Source: a bacterium
GTDB taxonomy: Bacteria; Patescibacteriota; Minisyncoccia; Phycocordibacterales; CAIZLB01
Length of the DNA: 64,000 nucleotides
Direction: 5' to 3'
Assembly (NCBI GenBank): GCA_037127815.1
Contig: JBAXXP010000001.1
Span: 104,174-168,173 of the forward strand
The notes beneath the pieces were generated by a model that was given only the letters and a program-made list of their open reading frames with translations, did no database searches and was not told where the DNA came from. The translations under genes and the position numbers were made by a program. Positions 9,742 to 17,729 of this stretch are shown in pieces (position 1 is the first letter of the stretch; every line of letters starts with the position of its first letter).

Positions 9742-9956
9742 ATATTTGCTTGATAATTAAATGAATATATCGATATTTATATGGATATCTCCATAAATCT
9801 TTATACTCACCAATTAATAAAAATTAAATTAATAAGTTTCTAAATTTTATCCCCAGTGCTTCTCTCAGTAGTTTAGCTTAATTATGTTTGATTCTTAATA
9901 CTGCCTTAAATCAAAAAGAAGATTGGGATAAAAAACCGCCAAAAGGCGTCTAATGG

Positions 9957-9984
9957 ATAATATCAGAAGGTGGGGGTTTGTCAA
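9957..9984 (-). promoter_or_regulatory. tuf/S10 promoter
   Basis: TTGACA-N16-TATTAT with extended TG, giving a ~210-nt leader. Confidence 0.65.
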
Positions 9985-10031
9985 TGTCAAAGCTATAACC
10001 TACCCCCCCCCACTTAAGGTTAATCAACCCT

Positions 10032-10091
10032 GAATTCTGTTTCGGTCTTTTGACCATCGTCAGACAAGATACACATCTTATGACAGAACCC
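10032..10091 (-). ncRNA. type III hammerhead ribozyme (HHR2)
   Basis: minus strand GGGUUCUGUC^AUAAGAU-GUGU-AUCUUGU-CUGACGA-U-GGUC-AAAA-GACC-GAAA-CAGAAUUC: full core and stems I/II/III, GUC cleavage site between 10082 and 10081. Confidence 0.9.
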
Positions 10092-10136
10092 GTTCACTCA
10101 ACGGGCAGAGTTGCACAGTTTATGTGCTTTATTACG

Positions 10137-10376
10137 CTATTCACATAACATTTCGAGGTATTTATCATCAAAATTTTCTACCTCATTCCAATCTTCACCT
10201 TGTCTTTTGACAAAAATGAAGTCTTCAACCCTTAAGGTTGTATTTGAAAAGACGAAGGCACAGCCTTCCTCTAGGGTCTTAACGGTTTGGAAATAAGCCA
10301 TATAGGCAAATCCACCACCCGGGGCAAAACCCCAGCACTTAACCCATGTTACCTTTGCTTTTTGTGTGTTTTGCAT
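10137..10376 (-). CDS. 79-aa orphan protein between two hammerheads
   Basis: ATG at 10376 in A-rich context, MQNTQKAKVTWVKCWGF...; the ORF-track GTG at 10481 lies inside the ribozyme. Confidence 0.65.
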   Translation of the reverse strand: MQNTQKAKVTWVKCWGFAPGGGFAYMAYFQTVKTLEEGCAFVFSNTTLRVEDFIFVKRQGEDWNEVENFDDKYLEMLCE

Positions 10377-10439
10377 AGTTATAAACGTCCTAACTTTAGA
10401 GATTAAGGCACTCGTAGCTACACAAAACGTTAAAAAGAA

Positions 10440-10494
10440 CCACTGTTTCGCTTTTTTAAGCTCATCAGTCGAAGTACGCACTTCGAGACAGAGG
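10440..10494 (-). ncRNA. type III hammerhead ribozyme (HHR1)
   Basis: minus strand CCUCUGUC^UCGAAGU-GCGU-ACUUCGA-CUGAUGA-GCUU-AAAA-AAGC-GAAA-CAGUGG: canonical core, GUC cleavage site between 10487 and 10486. Confidence 0.92.
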
Positions 10495-10618
10495 ACGGAT
10501 AGAACGTCTATCCGTGATTTACTACAAGTACTCTATCGAGCAGTTGTAATTTCTGTTCAAAAGGTAGTTTTCTCTACCTCGGCTTTTCATCTCGCGATAA
10601 AAGCAGAACTCAAAGCAA

Positions 10619-10690
10619 TTATTTGCTTTGAACGTACTCGCGATAATCCGCAAGGGACATCACGAGCCCGTCAACGACGACGTAGGTCAT
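10619..10690 (-). CDS. putative 23-aa peptide MTYVVVDGLVMSLADYREYVQSK
   Basis: ATG..TAA downstream of the 10822-10849 promoter, A-rich pre-start. Confidence 0.4.
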   Translation of the reverse strand: MTYVVVDGLVMSLADYREYVQSK

Positions 10691-10821
10691 GGTTTATACT
10701 TTTTGAAATGTTCATTGCTATTAACACACTGTATTTTGGCTAATATTTATTAATTCTATTTAAGGACTCAAAATCAGCTCGATTTTGGATTAAATTAACA
10801 GTGTTTACTTATCTGTGTTGT

Positions 10822-10849
10822 AGTATAGCCATGTTCATATTTTTGTCAA
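10822..10849 (-). promoter_or_regulatory. promoter of the hammerhead cassette
   Basis: TTGACA-N16-TATACT. Confidence 0.75.
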
Positions 10850-11057
10850 GATGTTTTGACACTTTGTTTTTATTTTGTCATTTGTACCCTTTTATATAGC
10901 CATATTTAATCAATATAAAAGTAAATTGATAACAACAAAACTCTATAAAGGGTATACAAAATTAGAAAATATATTATATTATGTTTTTTTATATTGCCAA
11001 TCTAATTACCCAAGAATAAGGTCGTTTTAGCTTAAATCTATTAAATGTCTAAATTGC

Positions 11058-11085
11058 TTGACAAAAGAATCAGACATGCTACATT
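11058..11085 (+). promoter_or_regulatory. divergent promoter for candidate ncRNA
   Basis: TTGACA-N16-TACATT with extended TG. Confidence 0.65.
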
Positions 11086-11089
11086 GTGA

Positions 11090-11420
11090 TACGGAATTTG
11101 ACTGTACTTTCGGCTATAAAGCCGACAGATCAAAGTGTTCTAACCCAAAAGTGCAATGCCCGATTAACCCTAAAGGAAAGGTGGCTTGTCGTGAACCTAG
11201 CCGGGTTTTCACGACAGGCCTCTGAGTACTAAAAAAGGGACTTGTTTATAACTTCTGGGCATAGTAACCGCAAGCACACCATATACACCACCACCACAAT
11301 GCATGATTAATTAGAATGATTGTCCTTTTTGAAAACCCTTCATATTTGTAAACCTCCCCACCAAGGTAGTTCACAAACAAAAAAAGCTCGGTTCCTACCC
11401 AGGAACCGAGCTAATTTTTT
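11090..11420 (+). ncRNA. candidate structured ncRNA of unknown family
   Basis: promoter, nested hairpins (11183-11195/11208-11220; 11156-11161/11257-11262), terminator, no ORF of 60 aa or more. Confidence 0.45.
11385..11420. terminator. bidirectional intrinsic terminator
   Basis: AGCTCGGTTCCT-ACCC-AGGAACCGAGCT with A and T tracts on either side. Confidence 0.85.
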
Positions 11421-11433
11421 ACCTAATTTTTTC

Positions 11434-12192
11434 TTATTTACCTTCCTCTATATTTTTAAAGGCTAATTCAAACAAAGAGGTTAGGGTTTCCGCAAAATCC
11501 TTATTATAAACAATCATTCCACCCAATTTTGATCCCAAAGTAGCTATTCTTACCTTATTGTTGTAAATACTAATATCGCAACTTAAAGGATACTTTTTAC
11601 CATCTACGAACAACCTATTCCCCAAGTTAGCACTTCTGTCAATTTCCCCTTTTGAATACGTATATATTGATTTACCGGAAATTTTCTTATCTACCCTTAT
11701 TTTACGGAATCTATTACTATCGGCCTCTGAAAACAGACTTTCTATTAAATCCTTTGGATAAATCATATACATAGTGCCGCCTTTGTCATCTTTTGATTGG
11801 AAAAGCTCCTCAGTCATACTTATAACGCCCTCTTTTCCTTCAAAAAATTTAACTACAGGCTTTTCAGCATCCTCTCTGTAAATACTCTTAAGTTGTGGAA
11901 CTATATCCTTAAGTCTTTTACTTTGTTCATCCAGCTGTATTTTACGTCTTTCAATATAAGTCTCCAGTCTTTCTGGTGGTTCAGCTTGGTATCTAACCTT
12001 TTTATCAACTAAAACTTCAAATATTAGCCCTTTATTTGAAAGCGATTCAAGTACTGGATAGATAGTTGTACGATTAATTTTAGTCTTCTCAGCTAAATCA
12101 AGTACAGAATCATTGTCTACCTCCAAAAGAGACAGGTAAACCTTTGCCTCTTTCTCTGATAAACCTAAATCTTCAAGATATTTTTCAAACAT
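11434..12192 (-). CDS. TrmB-family HTH transcriptional regulator
   Basis: LGLSEKEAKVYL..INRTTIY..L..KGL wHTH; start at ATG 12192 just after TGgTATAAT. Confidence 0.88.
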   Translation of the reverse strand: MFEKYLEDLGLSEKEAKVYLSLLEVDNDSVLDLAEKTKINRTTIYPVLESLSNKGLIFEVLVDKKVRYQAEPPERLETYIERRKIQLDEQSKRLKDIVPQLKSIYREDAEKPVVKFFEGKEGVISMTEELFQSKDDKGGTMYMIYPKDLIESLFSEADSNRFRKIRVDKKISGKSIYTYSKGEIDRSANLGNRLFVDGKKYPLSCDISIYNNKVRIATLGSKLGGMIVYNKDFAETLTSLFELAFKNIEEGK

Positions 12193-12271
12193 AAGCATAT
12201 TATACCATAGAATATTTAAATTTCGTTTTAATAGACAATTTTTGGTTTTAAATTGTACTGCAAATGTAGGA

Positions 12272-13354
12272 TTATTTACCAAATATTCCAGATAATAGAT
12301 TGTTTACACCTTGCCAGATTGAAGCAAATAACCCAAAATTAGACAACTGAGATACCTTAGTACTAATTTTAACAACACCGGTACTTGTTGCGTTAAACTT
12401 AGGATTGTTTGTATCCGTAATTACAATTTTGTAAGGTTTATCATACTGAACAGCCTGACCAACAATATCCCAGGTTACACTTGCTTTTCCTCCACCTAAA
12501 TTGGAACCAGCTGTTACTGAGCCTAAAATACTAGTTCCAACCCATCCAAAAGGAACTAACCCAATACTCACAGAATCAGTAGAAGATAAATTATTAGACG
12601 TCCAAACAATATCTTTTGTTACAACTGTTGTTTTTGTCTTAATATAGACCTTCAGATTAGGGTTACTAGTTGTTGTAGTAAAAGGTACCCAAGTCTCATC
12701 AACACTCAGAGATAATAAAGACAATGAACAAGGCAAGGAGATAGTAAGAGGAAATTGATTAGTAGTTTTTCCAGTATACAGAGCTCTTGCTTGAACCTTA
12801 GCTACTTGCCCTATTTCGTAATTATTACACAGAATATAGTTCGGAACTGTCAAAATTTCTGTAGTTGAAGCAGCGTTAATTTGCTTAATTAAAACACTAT
12901 CGATATACAAAGACCAACTATTAACCTTTGAATTTGGGATATATAGATTACCGATTTTAAACGAATGATTACCTGGGTTGCTCTCAGTATCCACAGAATA
13001 TATGTAAGGAGATGTTGTTGCAAGAACAATAGTTGAGGTAGCTACTGTTGAGCTTGCTAATTGCTTATTTAGCGTCTGAAGCTGCAGATTTAATGAGATT
13101 AGATTTTGCTGTAGTGTTGCAACAGAGACATCCGCTGAGGATAACTGGTTTTGAAGTGCTAAAATCTGTGAGTTTATTGATGAAATTTGAGTTCGAAATG
13201 AGCTAATCTGTGCAGTTGTTGATGCAATATCCTTTTTTGTTGAGTCTATCTGAGTTTGAATCTGTGCTGTTGTTGCTGCGTTTGTAATGAAGGGTGACAC
13301 CAGCATGGAAACGCCTATCAGCGATAGTGCAACCAAATATATTTTTATTTTCAT
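12272..13354 (-). CDS. secreted protein with N-terminal coiled coil and Thr/Ser-rich beta domains
   Basis: signal peptide ending TNA, Gln/Leu heptads, amphipathic C-terminal tail. Confidence 0.75.
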   Translation of the reverse strand: MKIKIYLVALSLIGVSMLVSPFITNAATTAQIQTQIDSTKKDIASTTAQISSFRTQISSINSQILALQNQLSSADVSVATLQQNLISLNLQLQTLNKQLASSTVATSTIVLATTSPYIYSVDTESNPGNHSFKIGNLYIPNSKVNSWSLYIDSVLIKQINAASTTEILTVPNYILCNNYEIGQVAKVQARALYTGKTTNQFPLTISLPCSLSLLSLSVDETWVPFTTTTSNPNLKVYIKTKTTVVTKDIVWTSNNLSSTDSVSIGLVPFGWVGTSILGSVTAGSNLGGGKASVTWDIVGQAVQYDKPYKIVITDTNNPKFNATSTGVVKISTKVSQLSNFGLFASIWQGVNNLLSGIFGK

Positions 13355-13370
13355 AAGTTATATTATACAA

Positions 13371-13409
13371 CAAAAAAACAACCCCTAGTTTGAGGAGTTG
13401 TTTTTTTTG
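13371..13409 (-). terminator. terminator after fusA
   Basis: imperfect hairpin with flanking A and T tracts. Confidence 0.65.
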
Positions 13410-13427
13410 TGGATAAGTTTTATCAGA

Positions 13428-15581
13428 TTATTTTCTTGCCTCAACGATAGCCTTCTCAACGTTAGCTGGAACTGTATCGTAGTGATCAAATTCCATTGAA
13501 ACTGAACCTCTTCCCTGTGTCATTGATCTAATATCTGTTGTATAACCGAACATTTCAGATAGAGGAACCATGGCTCTAATAACTCTAATTCCACCTGGTC
13601 TATCATCCATTCCTTCAATTTGACCTCTCTTTGATGAAAGTGAACCGGTAACGTCTCCCATGAATTGTTCTGGTGTTAGAGCTTCAACCTTCATTATAGG
13701 TTCAAGAATAACAGGTCTTGCGCGTCTTGCTCCCTCTTGGAAAGCTTGAGAAGCTGCAATCTTGTAAGCGATTTCTGATGAGTCAACATCATGGTATGAA
13801 CCAAATGTTAATTCACAAGATACATTTGTTAGAGGGAAACCAGCAACAATACCTCTTTCCATAGCTTCCTTAACTCCCTTTTCAACTGCTGGAATGAATT
13901 CTGTTGGAATAACACCTCCCTTAATTGAGTCAATAAACTCAAAGTCAGCTGTTCTATGAACGTTTTTAGGAATTTTAGCTCCTTCCTCAAGTGGCTCTAG
14001 GTGCTTAATTGTCATTCTAACGTGTCCATATTGCCCCTTACCTCCAGATTGCTTAACATATTTATGTTCAGCTTCTGCACTTCCTAGAATTGTCTCTCTG
14101 TATGCAACCTGAGGAGCACCAACATTAGCCTCAACACCAAACTCTCTCTTCATTCTATCAACCATAATTTCAAGGTGTAGTTCACCCATTCCAGAAATAA
14201 CAGTATCTCCAGTTTCTGTGTTTGATGTAACTCTAAAAGTTGGATCTTCATCACCTAATTTCTTAAGTGCAACACCCATTTTCTCTTGATCAGCCTTTGT
14301 TTTAGGCTCGATTCTAAGTGAAACAACAGGTTCTGCAAATTTAATAGGGTCAAGAATGATTGGGTGATTTTCATCACAGAAAGTATGAGATGTCTTTGCT
14401 TCCTTAAGACCAACAGCCGCAACGATTTCTCCTGCAAAAACTTTCTTAACATCCTCTCTTTTATTTGCCTGAAGTCTAACGATACGCCCAAGTCTCTCCT
14501 TATTTCCTGTTGTTGAGTTGTAAATATATGAACCAGCTTCAATTGTTCCTGAATAAACACGGAAGAATGTAAGTTGTCCAACAAACGGGTCAGTTTGTAG
14601 CTTGAAAGCAAGAGCAGAAAAAGGCTCTTCATCTGAAGCGTGTCTTTCAATTACATCTCCTGTTTCTGGATCGAGACCTTTTATAGCAGGAATATCTAAT
14701 GGAGATGGAAGGTAATCGATAACAGCATCCAAAACTAGTTGAACACCCTTATTTTTAAGAGCAGAACCTGTGAAAACTGGGAATACCTTGTTCTCAATAA
14801 CTCCTTTTCTAAGAGAAGCCTTAAGCTCATCTATTGTAAACACAGCGTCATCACCTTGTTCTAGATATCTGTTCATCAACTCTTCATCAAATTCAACACA
14901 CTTCTCTACAAGCTCTTGTCTTCTCAGCTTTGACTCATCAAGCATGTCAGCAGGAATTTCTTCTTCTGTAACAGTACTTCCCATATCTCCTGTAAATGTG
15001 TATGACTTCATCTTAAGAAGGTCAATTACTCCAGACAGATTCTCTTCTTCTCCGATTGGAAGTTGCATTCTTATTGCATTCTTATTTAGTCTATCCAAAA
15101 TTGATTGATATGATCTCTCAAATGATGCACCCATTCTATCTAGCTTATTAATAAAACATATACGTGGAACGTGATATTTATCAGCTTGTCTCCAAACTGT
15201 CTCAGATTGAGCTTCAACACCAGCAACCCCATCAAATACTACAACTCCACCATCAAGAACCTTTAGAGAACGTTCAACTTCAACTGTGAAGTCTACGTGA
15301 CCTGGTGTGTCAATAATGTTGAAACGGTGCATCTTAGAAAGATCCTTACCCATGTAAACTGGATTCCAGAAACAAGTAATAGCAGCTGCAGTAATTGTAA
15401 TACCACGCTCTTTTTCTTGTTCCATCCAGTCTGTTACAGCTTCACCTTCATGAACCTCTCCAATTTTATGGCTCATTCCTGTGTAATAAAGAACACGTTC
15501 TGATGTTGTTGTCTTTCCAGCATCAATGTGGGCGATAATACCGAAGTTTCTAATTTTCTCTAATGGGTAATCACGTTGCAT
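13428..15581 (-). CDS. fusA: elongation factor G
   Basis: [25 protein letters not shown]. Confidence 0.99.
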   Translation of the reverse strand: MQRDYPLEKIRNFGIIAHIDAGKTTTSERVLYYTGMSHKIGEVHEGEAVTDWMEQEKERGITITAAAITCFWNPVYMGKDLSKMHRFNIIDTPGHVDFTVEVERSLKVLDGGVVVFDGVAGVEAQSETVWRQADKYHVPRICFINKLDRMGASFERSYQSILDRLNKNAIRMQLPIGEEENLSGVIDLLKMKSYTFTGDMGSTVTEEEIPADMLDESKLRRQELVEKCVEFDEELMNRYLEQGDDAVFTIDELKASLRKGVIENKVFPVFTGSALKNKGVQLVLDAVIDYLPSPLDIPAIKGLDPETGDVIERHASDEEPFSALAFKLQTDPFVGQLTFFRVYSGTIEAGSYIYNSTTGNKERLGRIVRLQANKREDVKKVFAGEIVAAVGLKEAKTSHTFCDENHPIILDPIKFAEPVVSLRIEPKTKADQEKMGVALKKLGDEDPTFRVTSNTETGDTVISGMGELHLEIMVDRMKREFGVEANVGAPQVAYRETILGSAEAEHKYVKQSGGKGQYGHVRMTIKHLEPLEEGAKIPKNVHRTADFEFIDSIKGGVIPTEFIPAVEKGVKEAMERGIVAGFPLTNVSCELTFGSYHDVDSSEIAYKIAASQAFQEGARRARPVILEPIMKVEALTPEQFMGDVTGSLSSKRGQIEGMDDRPGGIRVIRAMVPLSEMFGYTTDIRSMTQGRGSVSMEFDHYDTVPANVEKAIVEARK

Positions 15582-15624
15582 ATATTAATTTAAATTTATT
15601 TATTTGTAAGTTATTTTACCATAA

Positions 15625-15664
15625 AACAATAAACCCCGCAGGTGTTATTGAGGGGTTTATTGTT
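15625..15664 (-). terminator. hairpin between rpsG and fusA
   Basis: AACAATAAACCCC...GGGGTTTATTGTT inverted repeat. Confidence 0.6.
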
Positions 15665-15670
15665 ACCAAA

Positions 15671-16141
15671 CTACCAAGCGAAGTGAGCAAACGCCTTGTT
15701 AGCATCAGCCATCTTGTGTGTATTCTCCTTCTTTCTTACTGCCTCTCCTTCATTCTTTGAAGCTGCAATAATTTCATCTGCTAATTTAAGGTGTATAGGC
15801 TTTCCCTTCTTTGCGCGAGCTGCATCAATAATCCATTTCATAGATAGGAAAGTTCTTCTTTCTTGTCTAACCTCTCTAGGAACTTGATAGTTTGCACCTC
15901 CAACTCTTCTTGATCTAACTTCAACCATAGGAGCTGTGTTTTTAAGAGCTGTCTCAAAAACTTCCATTGGGTTTTCTGTCTTCAATGTTTCCATTATTGC
16001 ATCAAAAGTACCATAGATGATCTTTGTTGCAGTTTCCTTCTTACCACTCCACATTATGTAGTTGATAAACTTTGCGACAACATCTGACTTATATTTCGTA
16101 TCCGGTTTAATCGTAAACTTCTTTTTTAATTTTCTTCGCAT
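15671..16141 (-). CDS. rpsG: 30S ribosomal protein S7
   Basis: RSRRVGGANYQVP, HKMADANKAFAH. Confidence 0.99.
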   Translation of the reverse strand: MRRKLKKKFTIKPDTKYKSDVVAKFINYIMWSGKKETATKIIYGTFDAIMETLKTENPMEVFETALKNTAPMVEVRSRRVGGANYQVPREVRQERRTFLSMKWIIDAARAKKGKPIHLKLADEIIAASKNEGEAVRKKENTHKMADANKAFAHFAW

Positions 16142-16270
16142 TGTTCTGTAATTAACGTAATTTTAATAATTTTATTGATAATACGCGGTTCATAGATTTT
16201 ATTCAGTACCTCAACAGCTTTGTTAAAGACTTACTCTACGAACCATTTTGTACATTTTTAGTACAGCAGC

Positions 16271-16687
16271 TTATTTGGCTGCTTTTGGGCGTTTTGCGCC
16301 GTAAGCTGAACGTTGTTTTCTACGCTTTTCAACACCTGCACAGTCTAACTTTCCTCTTACTACAGTATATCTAATACCAACGTCCTTAACGCGACCACCT
16401 CTTAGAAGAACAACGGAGTGCTCTTGTAGGTTGTGACCCATTCCAGGAATGTAGGCAGTAACTTCTATACCATTTGTAAGACGAACTCTTGCAATCTTTC
16501 TGATAGCAGAGTTAGGCTTCTTAGGTGTTTTGGTTGTAACTTTTGTGCAAACTCCTCTTTTGAAAGGTGAGTTATAGAACACTGGTCTATTTTGCTGTGT
16601 GTTAAAACCGCGAGTAAGGGCAATAGCCTTACTCTTCTTGCGAGTTTTTGAACGATTCTTCTTAACTAATTGGTTTAAAGTGGGCAT
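16271..16687 (-). CDS. rpsL: 30S ribosomal protein S12
   Basis: [22 protein letters not shown]. Confidence 0.99.
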   Translation of the reverse strand: MPTLNQLVKKNRSKTRKKSKAIALTRGFNTQQNRPVFYNSPFKRGVCTKVTTKTPKKPNSAIRKIARVRLTNGIEVTAYIPGMGHNLQEHSVVLLRGGRVKDVGIRYTVVRGKLDCAGVEKRRKQRSAYGAKRPKAAK

Positions 16688-16792
16688 GCTTAAATTTACG
16701 AGTGTATATAAAATACACTAGTTGTCATAGACTACTATACATAGGCATTGAATGCAAGCCTGTTTTAGGGTCAAATGAACAGTGTAGATGAG

Positions 16793-17413
16793 TTAAATCA
16801 TTCTAAGACCTGAAATAGCATAAGCTATAAAATAAACTACGGGGATAATCAATTGCCATAGGAAGAATACGAACAATAAACTAAATAGAAGACCGTATCT
16901 CTCAAGGGTGTGCATTATGTATCTTGCCTTTTGTGGTAAAATTGCTGATAAGATACGAGATCCATCAAGTGGTGGTATAGGTACTAGGTTAAATGTAGCT
17001 AGAACTAGGTTTGTTAACACTATTATCTCCAAAGCTACTATTGCAGGCCCTGGTAGTCCTAATCCAAAAAACCTTATTGTTAGCCCTGCAATTACAGCAA
17101 GCACTATATTTGACAATGGTCCCGCAAAAGCAACCAGTGCTTCACCTTTTTTTCCTGATTTTAAGGCGTTAAAATTAACAGGTACTGGTTTTGCCCAACC
17201 AAGAATGATTCCGCCGGGTAATATGGCGCAAAGTAAGGGTAATATTATAGAGCCAAATGGATCTATATGCTTAATTGGGTTCAAAGTAAGCCTTCCCATT
17301 ATCTTGGCTGTTTGATCTCCCTGACTTAATGCTGCTAATCCATGGGATACTTCATGAATTACTACTGAAAATACTAGTATCGCTATTGAAATTATTATTG
17401 TTGCTATGTCCAT
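16793..17413 (-). CDS. site-2 protease (M50 family)
   Basis: HEVSH, NPIKHID, NLVPIPPLDG, multiple TM segments. Confidence 0.93.
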   Translation of the reverse strand: MDIATIIISIAILVFSVVIHEVSHGLAALSQGDQTAKIMGRLTLNPIKHIDPFGSIILPLLCAILPGGIILGWAKPVPVNFNALKSGKKGEALVAFAGPLSNIVLAVIAGLTIRFFGLGLPGPAIVALEIIVLTNLVLATFNLVPIPPLDGSRILSAILPQKARYIMHTLERYGLLFSLLFVFFLWQLIIPVVYFIAYAISGLRMI

Positions 17414-17439
17414 AGAACTATGATAACATGCCTACACAT

Positions 17440-17682
17440 ATGGCAAAAGTCTGCGCAATAACAAAAAGAAGTTCATTGAATGGCGGCGGGTATTCAAACC
17501 GTACTCGTGCTACTCAATTCAACTCAACAGGGCTAAGACGTAGATACGCAAATCTTCAAAAGAAGCGTATTTATGTTCCTGAACTTAAACAAACATTAGT
17601 ACTTACAATCTCAACTAGAGCTATTAAGACAATACAAAAGAACGGAGCTTTCGCTACACTTAAGAAAGCGGGAATCATTTAA
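17440..17682 (+). CDS. rpmB: 50S ribosomal protein L28
   Basis: MAKVCAIT, RRRYANLQKKR; start at ATG 17440. Confidence 0.9.
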   Translation: MAKVCAITKRSSLNGGGYSNRTRATQFNSTGLRRRYANLQKKRIYVPELKQTLVLTISTRAIKTIQKNGAFATLKKAGII

Positions 17683-17729
17683 TTAGTTAGTAGGGATTGG
17701 GTAATAAAGTTACAGACACAACAAAGTAA

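Noticed and set aside
10377-10481. ORF-track GTG start giving a 114-aa protein
   Set aside because: The GTG lies in hammerhead stem-loop I; ATG 10376 has a typical A-rich context
10111-10743. Plus-strand ORFs 10111-10296 and 10366-10743
   Set aside because: Antisense to the promoter, ribozymes and ORF on the minus strand; no recognisable motifs
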